Shown: in pieces, positions 49,081-57,223 of the stretch
Layout of the letters: each line of letters begins with the position of its first letter
Position numbering within the stretch: the stretch's first letter is position 1
IMG/VR virus record: IMGVR_UViG_3300031565_000032
Strand: one strand, 5' to 3'
From: a virus
DNA: 59,057 bases
Notes under the pieces: model-generated
What the model saw: only the letters and a program-made list of their open reading frames with translations
Database searches by the model: none
What the model was told of the DNA's origin: nothing
Made by a program: the position numbers and the translations under genes

Positions 49081-49404
49081 TTAAATCTTGAATGTTATTA
49101 CAGTGACCATTGAAGATAGATTAAAACTTGGGTAAGCTCTTAACATGGCGGTTATTAAACTATCAACCCCATAATACTGAACTTTGCAAGCAAGATTATC
49201 AAACTCACCTATTGTTATATCCATGAAATCCTTATATTCTAATTTTGTAATAACACCCCTTGCAAGCTCTACCTCTTCACCCGTTTTCTCTAATACAATC
49301 GTATCCCCAACCTTAGATTGGGAACACCACTTATCACCAAGTCTTATCGTAGTATTTACCCCTTTGTGGTAACTCGGGTTTATGAATAACAATTTGTGTT
49401 CCAT
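49081..49404 (-). CDS. Hypothetical protein, possibly ASCH/PUA-like (107 aa)
   Basis: TTIRLGDKW...VGDTIVLE...ELARGVITKLEYKDF pattern; TAGGAGGTAAAGAG then ATG. Confidence 0.55.
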   Translation of the reverse strand: MEHKLLFINPSYHKGVNTTIRLGDKWCSQSKVGDTIVLEKTGEEVELARGVITKLEYKDFMDITIGEFDNLACKVQYYGVDSLITAMLRAYPSFNLSSMVTVITFKI

Positions 49405-49448
49405 CTCTTTACCTCCTATCCTTATTATAGTTTAAACTTTACACCATG

Positions 49449-49685
49449 TCAATAAAACCCTATACTCTCTTTATTACTTCTTCTACTGAGTATCTGGTCA
49501 ATCGGGTTATCGTTCCGTACTCTAAAAAACTTATCTCTTAAATTTAAAGGTATCTTGTCATCATCAAAAGAATTATAGAATACTTTAGTTTCGTGACAAT
49601 ATTTACAGACACCTACACTTTCCCTTCCGTTTGGCTCTGGGAACTCCCAGTAGTGCTGACAGATTAAAACTAATTGGTTATTCAT
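49449..49685 (-). CDS. Hypothetical protein (78 aa)
   Basis: ORF track. Confidence 0.6.
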   Translation of the reverse strand: MNNQLVLICQHYWEFPEPNGRESVGVCKYCHETKVFYNSFDDDKIPLNLRDKFFRVRNDNPIDQILSRRSNKESIGFY

Positions 49686-49701
49686 ATTTAATTAGCCGAT
49701 G

Positions 49702-49908
49702 TTAGTTTGCCGGCTCTATAAAGGTCTCATGGTAAAAAAGATAGCTATCGCTTGTCAGCCTTTTAACCCGTACTACGTCAAGGTCATTTCTATCAACGCC
49801 ACAATACTTAAATCTCTTCCCTTCGGCTTTCTTCCTCAAGGAATCATGGACAGGGTAAAGGTGATCAAGCCCGACCTGCGATATTTTGACGATTGTACCT
49901 GTTTTCAC
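49702..49908 (-). CDS. Hypothetical protein (68 aa)
   Basis: ORF track; AGGAGGTGAAAGGTGAAAAC then ATG. Confidence 0.6.
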   Translation of the reverse strand: MKTGTIVKISQVGLDHLYPVHDSLRKKAEGKRFKYCGVDRNDLDVVRVKRLTSDSYLFYHETFIEPAN

Positions 49909-50087
49909 CTTTCACCTCCTGCCGTCCTACTGGACGATGGTTATTTGGGTATACACAGTTTTTCTATAGAGATTCCTCTATCCTTCCAGCAACAGGCGCC
50001 TTTATAATTACACCTACGATTCTTTTTGAAGGAGCAGAATCCCTTGTACTCACATTTTTTCAACTCGCCCTCACTTCCTGATGCTAA

Positions 50088-50369
50088 TTAGCCTCCATGG
50101 TAGATTTGATAATATGGCGTATGCCCTTCCCATTTCTTATCGTCCCAACTATCTGGCATACGTTCCACCTGTATTTCGTAGCCCTCGCCATCAGTAGCAA
50201 AAATAACCGCTTCGGTCATAGAAGGGGTAGCACTCTTACCCTCCTTTATAGCTCTGTCAATGGCATCACGTAAGAGTACCAATGCTTCTTTGTTACCAAC
50301 TATCTTGGCCTCGGTATGCTCTGCTATTTGCGGATAAATATTCATTAAGTTCATAACTGTCTCTCCCAT
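50088..50369 (-). CDS. Hypothetical protein (93 aa)
   Basis: ORF track. Confidence 0.65.
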   Translation of the reverse strand: MGETVMNLMNIYPQIAEHTEAKIVGNKEALVLLRDAIDRAIKEGKSATPSMTEAVIFATDGEGYEIQVERMPDSWDDKKWEGHTPYYQIYHGG

Positions 50370-50419
50370 TTTTACCTAGTTTATTTACACCTAATCAGGC
50401 TCGTTATCATGCCCTCTTT

Positions 50420-51097
50420 TTACCGGATGCTATTTTGCAACCTTCGTAGACCATCCTTTTCGACTACCTTAATCCCACAACTCTGTAGGTGGCTCATCAG
50501 GCTTTCGATTTTAGACCATGATGGCTCCGGCAAACCATGACGGTAACTGTCTGCACCAATCTCAACTATCTCAGGGTTAATATCCAATACCCATGACGTA
50601 AATATCTCAAGGTCAAAATCCATAATTGGTTCTATACTCAGAAACTTATGAGTGTTATTGTTCATGGCAAAACTGTGATAACGACTTATCGGGTGTGGTG
50701 CTCTACTATAATCAATCTTCCTGTTTGTCTCTATTGTAGCTCCATGATAAATGTGTTCAGGCCATACCAAGCCATTTAGAAACATATCAGGGCTTTTAGT
50801 TTGGAGCAAAAAGTTTGTTTCGGGATACTTTTCAATGACATTCAGAATAGAGTGCAATTGAGGCCATGTAGCAAAAGATATATCTCCCATGTCGGTAACA
50901 AACACGAAATCCCCAGGCTTAAAAGTCTTATCTAACTCATCGACATGAAAGGTCGGCTTGAATTTTGCAGTAGAATACCGAGGCGTATTAGCCAATTTCC
51001 CTAGAGCCAAATTCCTTGCCCAACAATAGGAGCACTCAAACCCACAACCTGTAAACGGATTCCAAGTTCTTGTTACAGTCTTGAACATCTTACTCAT
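50420..51097 (-). CDS. Gp37/Gp68-like (DUF5131-like) protein with a CX3CX2C cluster motif (225 aa)
   Basis: TWNPFTGCGFECSYCWARNLA at the N-terminus. Confidence 0.6.
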   Translation of the reverse strand: MSKMFKTVTRTWNPFTGCGFECSYCWARNLALGKLANTPRYSTAKFKPTFHVDELDKTFKPGDFVFVTDMGDISFATWPQLHSILNVIEKYPETNFLLQTKSPDMFLNGLVWPEHIYHGATIETNRKIDYSRAPHPISRYHSFAMNNNTHKFLSIEPIMDFDLEIFTSWVLDINPEIVEIGADSYRHGLPEPSWSKIESLMSHLQSCGIKVVEKDGLRRLQNSIR

Positions 51098-51131
51098 TTA
51101 ATTACCTCTCCCTTATTTGCTATTCCCCAAG

Positions 51132-51707
51132 CTAAACTTGAGACTGCAAATATACTAACCCCCTTATCTCCTGCCAATCTTTAACTCTGGTTAGTTTATT
51201 CTGTATGTCTAAACACTTTACATTCCACGACTGCTCATACAGGAGTTTTAAAGTACTGTTAGTATTCATTAGTTTAGCAGGCGAGTCGTCTATGTGGACA
51301 TCGTATGTTCCCAACCATTTTGTAACTAAATCATCAAACGGTATATTATATCTATTTAGCCACCTTTCAAGTTCTAATTGCCCCATATATTTAACCCTGT
51401 TTGAATAGATTATTATTTCATGTTTACCTCTCCACTCGTTAAGGGTTTCCAGCGCACCTTCATTGAACGTAGGCTCACCGAATACCTGTTCTTTAAACAT
51501 CACGTCAATTTCTAAATTAGATACTCCGAGTACATCTGCTAAGTCATAGGCATAAATTTCTCTGGGGGATAGGTCTACATTAAAGTATTTCTTAACCAAG
51601 AATTTAAAGTCATAGGCACAAATCACGCCGTCAATATCAACCAGGATACGTTTAGGTCTCTTTAAGTATTCCTCTAAACACTCAATAGCATCTGTTTCAG
51701 CTTTCAT
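51132..51707 (-). CDS. HAD-superfamily hydrolase, 5'(3')-deoxyribonucleotidase (NT5C)-like (191 aa)
   Basis: ILVDIDGVICAYD (DxDxV motif I), IIIYSNR, HIDDSP. Confidence 0.55.
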   Translation of the reverse strand: MKAETDAIECLEEYLKRPKRILVDIDGVICAYDFKFLVKKYFNVDLSPREIYAYDLADVLGVSNLEIDVMFKEQVFGEPTFNEGALETLNEWRGKHEIIIYSNRVKYMGQLELERWLNRYNIPFDDLVTKWLGTYDVHIDDSPAKLMNTNSTLKLLYEQSWNVKCLDIQNKLTRVKDWQEIRGLVYLQSQV

Positions 51708-51853
51708 TTCTCCTCCAATAGTATTTTAAAATACTCCTGTAATATATAAACAATCATAAAGTCCTGTATAGGGTTCTCTAAGAGGCGATAGTCCTTTCTC
51801 AATCTTTCATTACAGTTTTCTCTTATTCTATCTATTGTCTTCTGGTTTATCAT
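51704..51853 (-). CDS. Small protein (49 aa), ATGA-coupled at both ends
   Basis: MINQKTIDRIRENCNERLRKDYRLLENPIQDFMIVYILQEYFKILLEEK. Confidence 0.55.
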   Translation of the reverse strand: MINQKTIDRIRENCNERLRKDYRLLENPIQDFMIVYILQEYFKILLEEK

Positions 51854-52413
51854 AACTCTATATCGCTATCTACTTCATTCCCCCAAGAGTCCCAACCAAA
51901 AGCCCGTCGTCTTGCAAATAGTTCTATACGAGAAGCATCGGGATATACTCGCATTATTAAATCACGCATCGCTTCGGGCTTTTGAGAGTGTCGGCTTCTT
52001 GCTGCAAATATTACGTTTGCTTCACGGAGAGAAGCTGGAATGGGCATTTTCCCTCTGATGCCAAAAAGGACATGCTCGGTATTACCACGGAAATATGAGC
52101 CCATTCCAAGACCTGGCTGTTTTACCCACGTTAGTATAGTCCTGTAATCAAAACCCCAAGCTCGCATAATATGGAATGGAGTAAAAGAAGCATTTGTGTT
52201 GCGGTCACCATATAAACGAGGGTTAGTTATCCATAAAAATAAAGCGGAATCATCTGCTGCTATATTAACAACTGGTAGCTTAGAAATTTCTATCATGCTC
52301 ATTGTTGGATAGTTGTCCTCGGCTGTATTGCGTTCGTGACCATTATGGATATTCGGGCTTTTACGATATTGCCACGGCGGGTCAGCATATATTATCTGAT
52401 ATTTCTTATTCAT
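51850..52413 (-). CDS. MT-A70 family DNA N6-adenine methyltransferase (187 aa)
   Basis: YQIIYADPPWQY (DPPW), LFLWITN, HSQKP. Confidence 0.85.
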   Translation of the reverse strand: MNKKYQIIYADPPWQYRKSPNIHNGHERNTAEDNYPTMSMIEISKLPVVNIAADDSALFLWITNPRLYGDRNTNASFTPFHIMRAWGFDYRTILTWVKQPGLGMGSYFRGNTEHVLFGIRGKMPIPASLREANVIFAARSRHSQKPEAMRDLIMRVYPDASRIELFARRRAFGWDSWGNEVDSDIEL

Positions 52414-52440
52414 CTTGATTTATCCGTTTGAATATCCCCT

Positions 52441-53295
52441 TTATATATCCAAGAAGTACGGTTTCAACTCCACGATTTTCTTATTACGTACCTTGAGTAT
52501 CAGGAAGCCTATTTCTACCGGATCATACTCCGCAATCTCGGCATAACCTGAGAAGCCGTCTCCGTAAAGTTTAAGGAATGAGCCGGCGCATCCGTACCAT
52601 CTGGCATCGGGGTGAATGTAAGGTTCGTTCTGTCCCCAGGAAGTATAGTGTTGTTTTATTTTCTCTCCGTCATCTGTTAAATAAAGTTCAAACGTAGGTT
52701 CGCTTACGAGTAATTTATGGACGTGGTGCTTAATCATTACAGCACAGTCCCCGGCCTTCTTTCTAAGGTGTCTTTTAAGTGTTAATCGCATATTAGCCAC
52801 TACTCGGATAGGGTCATCGGCACTTGAGGTTATACCTTTATGACCATGAGTTTCAAATATCTTATACATCAAATTATCATTTTTATCGTTTATCGCTATC
52901 TTGCAGGTCCAAGTCCCATAATCCACACCCAGAGTTTCACATACTTTTGCGGTAATATCTCCGAAACGCCATAGTTTGCGTTCGTGATTGCCCATTAAAA
53001 TTGCCAGAAGTTTGTCCTTAATTGGCTCTCTATCCTTAATAGCTTCTTCCATTTGAACTAAAGGTAAAGGTTCTTTAAGCATCTCAGGGCTGAAACGCTT
53101 GTCATCAACCATAATTGCCTCTATCATATCCCCACCATCAACACCGTAGTTGTTCTTACAATCATCATACTTTGAGTTCATCATGCTAACGAGTTTATCC
53201 CAACCCTTATTAGAACTCAATTCAGCACCTTTGTGTCTATCCCCGAAGAAAAAGATGTTGTGGTCATTTTCCAATTGGTGCGTTATTAATTTCAT
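52441..53295 (-). CDS. Calcineurin-like metallophosphoesterase (284 aa)
   Basis: FFFGDRHKG, GGDMIE, MGNHERK, ETHGHKG. Confidence 0.75.
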   Translation of the reverse strand: MKLITHQLENDHNIFFFGDRHKGAELSSNKGWDKLVSMMNSKYDDCKNNYGVDGGDMIEAIMVDDKRFSPEMLKEPLPLVQMEEAIKDREPIKDKLLAILMGNHERKLWRFGDITAKVCETLGVDYGTWTCKIAINDKNDNLMYKIFETHGHKGITSSADDPIRVVANMRLTLKRHLRKKAGDCAVMIKHHVHKLLVSEPTFELYLTDDGEKIKQHYTSWGQNEPYIHPDARWYGCAGSFLKLYGDGFSGYAEIAEYDPVEIGFLILKVRNKKIVELKPYFLDI

Positions 53296-53312
53296 ACTTT
53301 ACCCCCTATCAT

Positions 53313-53738
53313 TTACCTTTCATAATGAAGACACCTGCAACCCATGCACATAATCCATTCCCCTTCTATTAATTTAACCCCGCAATCTCGACACCTGCCT
53401 TCTTCCATCATTCGTTTATACCGTTCATAATTTTTATTCTTCAGAACTTCGCTATTCCTGTTACAATATTCCCTCATCTTCCTTTGATGCAAATACCAAT
53501 GCTCGGCACAATACACACCTCCAACTGCTGGACTACTACACTTCTGGCAAAGCCCTAATTCTCTATGTTTTTGACGATTTCTTCTAGTATACATATTATG
53601 ATTTAAAAGATGTTTCTGGCATTTGGTATGCCCTTCTGCTGCGGGGCTTTTACATTTAATACAAATCCCCAATTCTTTATGACTAGCATATAATCGCCTA
53701 TTATGTTCTCTCTTTTTTTCTTTATCTTTATAAGGCAT
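53313..53738 (-). CDS. Protein with reiterated zinc-ribbon modules (141 aa)
   Basis: GICIKCKSPAAEGHTKCQKH / GLCQKCSSPAVGGVYCAEH / GRCRDCGVKLIEGEWIMCMGC. Confidence 0.65.
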   Translation of the reverse strand: MPYKDKEKKREHNRRLYASHKELGICIKCKSPAAEGHTKCQKHLLNHNMYTRRNRQKHRELGLCQKCSSPAVGGVYCAEHWYLHQRKMREYCNRNSEVLKNKNYERYKRMMEEGRCRDCGVKLIEGEWIMCMGCRCLHYER

Positions 53739-53816
53739 ATAACGTTATACCCCCATAATCCCTCGTCTAACTTATATAAACGCCCCAATTCTCATTGTAG
53801 TGCGTTAAAACATGGT

Positions 53817-53969
53817 TCAAATATTAACCATGACCTTATTCTTAAAGTTTGGTTTTTCTTGGCATCCTGGGCAGATTATCATAGCCCCGTCAGTCATGCG
53901 CCAGCTAGAAGTAAAGGTCTTTTTCTTATGGCAGGAATCACACTCTATTTTTTGGCCTACTTTATCCAT
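53817..53969 (-). CDS. Small zinc-ribbon protein (50 aa)
   Basis: TAATG junction with the upstream gene. Product MDKVGQKIECDSCHKKKTFTSSWRMTDGAMIICPGCQEKPNFKNKVMVNI. Confidence 0.5.
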   Translation of the reverse strand: MDKVGQKIECDSCHKKKTFTSSWRMTDGAMIICPGCQEKPNFKNKVMVNI

Positions 53970-54169
53970 TAACTTCTCACTACGTGTGCGCATAACTCCT
54001 CAATCTCCTCTACATTTAAGATTTCTATACCTGCTATCTGTTGTAGTTCTGTCTTATCTAAAATTAAAACATCGTCTACTAATTCTACACAGTGAAGAAG
54101 CCCGGGGTCTTCTATTAACTGAACATATAAAGCCTTTGCTTGTTTATCGTAGGTTACACGGGTTGGCAT
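53969..54169 (-). CDS. DUF2283-family protein (66 aa)
   Basis: VTYDKQAKALYVQL...LILDKTELQQIAGIEILN matches the YD.e.D.lyi...GiEiL pattern. Confidence 0.6.
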   Translation of the reverse strand: MPTRVTYDKQAKALYVQLIEDPGLLHCVELVDDVLILDKTELQQIAGIEILNVEEIEELCAHVVRS

Positions 54170-54171
54170 AA

Positions 54172-54375
54172 TTAATCCTCCTTCTTTAATCTATCAAGAT
54201 ATTCCTTTAGACGTTCGCAGGTATCGTGGCAACTCACTGTTCTTACATAATTCTCACCATGAAATTTCGTCATTGAATAACTCCCGTGCCCAGATTGGCA
54301 GTTATCACATGGTGATGGTGTTCCCTTTTCTACTTTATGATACCCTGCTTTTAATAGTTCCTTTTCTGTTTTCAT
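54172..54375 (-). CDS. Hypothetical protein (67 aa)
   Basis: ORF track. Confidence 0.6.
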   Translation of the reverse strand: MKTEKELLKAGYHKVEKGTPSPCDNCQSGHGSYSMTKFHGENYVRTVSCHDTCERLKEYLDRLKKED

Positions 54376-54376
54376 A

Positions 54377-54751
54377 TTAAGCCTCCAACATCTTTATTTT
54401 CTCTGTAAACTCTTTTTTAAGTGCTTCCCTATCAGGCATACCTAGCGTCTGGTTTCTTTTATACAGAGCGTCAAATCTTTTCTGGCCTAATATCTCTAAA
54501 AAGAACTCCGTTTTCTGTAGAGGATGCCCATCTAACCATGAGTGACATCCGTAGCAAACAGCGACCACGTTATCCTTATCCCAGCGTGTGCTTTTGTCAC
54601 CTCTTGAATGGTAGTGAGCGCAATGTAAAGTTTTCCATCCTTTATAAGAATTGGGTTTCTTTAATAGCCAGCATCGTTTACAATGTCCGCCGGATAAAAG
54701 ACGGACGTACTTTGAGAAGAGTTTATCCAGAGCGTCTATTTTAATCTTCAA
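54377..54751 (-). CDS. NinG-like recombination protein (124 aa)
   Basis: LFSKYVRL..GHCKRC...HCAHYHSRGDKSTRWDKDNVVAVCYGCHSWLDGHP. Confidence 0.55.
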   Translation of the reverse strand: MKIKIDALDKLFSKYVRLLSGGHCKRCWLLKKPNSYKGWKTLHCAHYHSRGDKSTRWDKDNVVAVCYGCHSWLDGHPLQKTEFFLEILGQKRFDALYKRNQTLGMPDREALKKEFTEKIKMLEA

Positions 54752-54923
54752 GGTGATCTTTTAATTCTCCTATATTCTTAGCAGCTTTCTCTATTAGTTC
54801 GCCCATAACTTTACTCGCTTCTTCTGTAGTTTCAAGGCAATCATCTACTAGAGTAAATAATGACGCGGCTTTGAAATATAACCTTTCAGCTTCCCTATAG
54901 TATTTTTGTTTTTTGGTTTCCAT
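54741..54923 (-). CDS. Hypothetical helical protein (60 aa)
   Basis: ORF track. Confidence 0.5.
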   Translation of the reverse strand: METKKQKYYREAERLYFKAASLFTLVDDCLETTEEASKVMGELIEKAAKNIGELKDHLED

Positions 54924-55122
54924 CTTTCTCCCCGCATTTCTCCATGTTCTCTTTACTACAATAACAACCTAACATCCCCCAGAATTCAGGTTTCTCACAA
55001 CACCCTCCAGTAGTAACAATATCACGACATACATCCTTGAACCCACATTCAGTACACTTTATTCTATATTTACAATCATCCATCTCTACTTCCATTTTAA
55101 CCCCTCTAAACTTTATAGTCAA
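54895..55122 (-). CDS. Cys-rich small protein (75 aa)
   Basis: CKYRIKCTECGFKDVCRD...GGCCEKPEFWGMLGCYC. Confidence 0.55.
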   Translation of the reverse strand: MTIKFRGVKMEVEMDDCKYRIKCTECGFKDVCRDIVTTGGCCEKPEFWGMLGCYCSKENMEKCGEKDGNQKTKIL

Positions 55123-56144
55123 GCATCTATAAACCCCGTAACTTTACAACGTGTACATGGTATATTTGAATTGCCTTGTTTTTTCCATTTCTTACCATAG
55201 CAATCAGGACATTTAATAACCTCACGGAAATTAATTATTTTTGTTCCTTTACTAACTATCGTGTAAGAATAATTTTTACCAATAACGGGAGCATTTTTCT
55301 CCTTAACACCCTTTACAGTAAGTAGAATATCATCAGGATTTTCTCCAAAGCCATCAAGTAGTAGTTCAACATCTGAAAAGTCCCTTACGAATTGACCCCC
55401 ACGTGGGTCATTTGAATATTCACTTTTCTGTAATGCAACAATAGCTATGCCTCTACCAAGATTAGCTTTAATTTCCTCAAGCACCTTGCCTATATCATAA
55501 AGTTCACTTGCATCAAGATTAATCCAATCTATGATATTTATTCTATCTTTAATAATATGTTCAGCATAATCCTCTCTTATTGGGAGAAGTGTGAATTTAT
55601 CAAAACCCCTATCGTCTGTCCAATTAACCCATTTACTCATTACATCTAATCTATCTAAAAATCTAGGTGATGGTTCGTACCTATCATTAACCAATACGGT
55701 ATATTCATTCCCCATTAAGACAGGGTTTTTATCTATATTCTCGGCACAAAAGTTAAGACACAGAGTCGTTTTACCCTTACTTTTTACACCACCTAAAGTT
55801 ATCAAATCCCCTTCTCTCATAGTAATAAACTCTGCGAAGTTTAACCACATTTTTGTATCGTAATCTCTAGGAAACCTCAAATCAAATGGTGGCCTACGTT
55901 CCCTTTGTTGCCCGAATACTTGTACGGGTTGTACTTGAATAATAACTTTATAAATACCATCTTGCCTACCCGAAGGCTTCAGTACTTTTTCCTCCACAAG
56001 ACGGTGTACGACTACCCTTATTCCTTCCCACGCAGGGCTATTAGGGTCTATTTTTAATTCATTACGTAATTTACTAACATCAATATTTCTACCTTGAATT
56101 GGCTTAATATATTCACGAACTTTATCAATTAGTTTTTCAGTCAT
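55119..56144 (-). CDS. RecA-fold P-loop replication ATPase (DnaB/RepA-like) with an N-terminal wHTH-like region and a C-terminal CxxC..CxxC knuckle (341 aa)
   Basis: GDLITLGGVKSKGKTTLCLNFCAEN (Walker A), INIIDWINLD (Walker B-like), CPDCYGKKW...CTRCKVTG. An iteron array lies immediately upstream. Confidence 0.65.
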   Translation of the reverse strand: MTEKLIDKVREYIKPIQGRNIDVSKLRNELKIDPNSPAWEGIRVVVHRLVEEKVLKPSGRQDGIYKVIIQVQPVQVFGQQRERRPPFDLRFPRDYDTKMWLNFAEFITMREGDLITLGGVKSKGKTTLCLNFCAENIDKNPVLMGNEYTVLVNDRYEPSPRFLDRLDVMSKWVNWTDDRGFDKFTLLPIREDYAEHIIKDRINIIDWINLDASELYDIGKVLEEIKANLGRGIAIVALQKSEYSNDPRGGQFVRDFSDVELLLDGFGENPDDILLTVKGVKEKNAPVIGKNYSYTIVSKGTKIINFREVIKCPDCYGKKWKKQGNSNIPCTRCKVTGFIDA

Positions 56145-56220
56145 GTAACTCCTGTAATGCCTGTAACGTCTGTAATAATATGTAATATTGAGTCGTATCT
56201 AATTTGTAACGCTTGTAACG
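56144..56220. repeat. Iteron-like array: 7 copies of TGTAAY, five of them phased at 9-10 bp and two more after a 24-bp step
   Basis: TGTAAC 56144, TGTAAT 56153, TGTAAC 56162, TGTAAT 56171, TGTAAT 56181, TGTAAC 56205, TGTAAC 56214. Confidence 0.8.
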
Positions 56221-56261
56221 CTTTAGGCTCATATTACATCCCCTTATATAATAGTATTTTT

Positions 56262-56516
56262 TTATATATACTCTTTATATTTCTTTTTAGGGAACTTAAG
56301 ATGTTGCTCCTGATGTAGATGTTCGGTCTTGTTAGTTAATTGGTTTAATTCTTTATCTGTATTATCTAGGATTTTGTATATTACTTTTCTATCATCCATG
56401 TGCCGGCTTATTATCTCTTCAAGCACGGATATTCTATAATGGAGTGAATTTACGGCAGTCTCTATACTCTCCTGCCATTCTATCCTATCCATTAACATAT
56501 CCCAATCTTCTTTCAT
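56262..56516 (-). CDS. Hypothetical protein (84 aa)
   Basis: ORF track. Confidence 0.6.
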   Translation of the reverse strand: MKEDWDMLMDRIEWQESIETAVNSLHYRISVLEEIISRHMDDRKVIYKILDNTDKELNQLTNKTEHLHQEQHLKFPKKKYKEYI

Positions 56517-56520
56517 TGAT

Positions 56521-56871
56521 TTAATCCATGTGGTTTATCCATTTTAAAATCAGTTTATTCATTGACTTGGTAAGAACTGTTCGGATACCATAGGTTTTTA
56601 TCATCCAATGTTCCATATCGCTGAGGTCTAAAAAGCCATCAACTTGCGCCTCAATATCAGTAATGTTAGTGGATGTATCGCCAGTTAGTTTTATCTCCTT
56701 ACTGATAATCTCCGCTACCCCCAAATTCTCACTTTTTGGAGAACGGTTATTTAAGTAAACCTGAACCAACTCGCCGACTTGCCAATCCTTATCTTTACGA
56801 GGAAATCTGAATGTTGTAAATTCGTGTTGATTTAATTTATCCCACTTTTGGCAGAAACTTATAATTCTCAT
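56521..56871 (-). CDS. ASCH-domain-like protein (116 aa)
   Basis: MRIISFCQKWDKLNQHEFTTFRFPRKDKDWQVGELVQVYL...LGVAEIISKE. Confidence 0.55.
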   Translation of the reverse strand: MRIISFCQKWDKLNQHEFTTFRFPRKDKDWQVGELVQVYLNNRSPKSENLGVAEIISKEIKLTGDTSTNITDIEAQVDGFLDLSDMEHWMIKTYGIRTVLTKSMNKLILKWINHMD

Positions 56872-57223
56872 TCTCTCCTTCTCTATCCTTGAGGGCTTGC
56901 CAATCTTCCGTACTCAATTCTAAATGCTCAAATTTACTAGCATCTTTTTGAATCATCTCAGTTAGATTATGAGCTTTCAGGTATTTTAATATCCTCTCCC
57001 GTTCCTCTTTCTTGGCCTCTTCCACTTCTCGCTCTATCGTATCATTTGCTTTTTTATATACCTTCTGTACGGCCTCATTTACTCTGGCTGTGTGGAGGAC
57101 GCAGATTTGGTCTACTATCTGTATTGCTCTTACTGCTAGTCTCTGCTCATCACGTATACCTTCCTCCCATAATTGATTCTTCGTCACTATAATCGCTTCT
57201 TCCCTGAACTCCTCATCAGTCAT
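56837..57223 (-). CDS. Hypothetical coiled-coil protein (128 aa)
   Basis: ORF track; CAGGAGGTCTAAC then ATG. Confidence 0.65.
   Translation of the reverse strand: MTDEEFREEAIIVTKNQLWEEGIRDEQRLAVRAIQIVDQICVLHTARVNEAVQKVYKKANDTIEREVEEAKKEERERILKYLKAHNLTEMIQKDASKFEHLELSTEDWQALKDREGENENYKFLPKVG

Noticed and set aside
49910-50085. A TTG-initiated 41-aa Cys-rich ORF on the minus strand (LKKCEYKGFCSFKKNRRCNYKGACCWKDRGISIEKLCIPK), plus the plus-strand ORFs 49699..50007 and 49893..50081.
   Set aside because: The minus ORF has a non-ATG start, only a weak RBS and no support beyond filling a gap. The plus ORFs are antisense to the arm. The coding status of this region is left unresolved.
53703-54171. 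Plus-strand ORFs 53703..53972 and 53812..54171.
   Set aside because: They are antisense to the minus-arm genes: the DUF2283 protein and a coupled 50-aa zinc-ribbon ORF at 53817..53969 that explains the gap.
56144-56220. A CRISPR-like array, suggested by the regularly spaced short repeats.
   Set aside because: The repeat unit is only 6 nt with 9-10 bp periodicity, so there are no spacers of CRISPR size and no cas genes. An iteron or operator array fits better.
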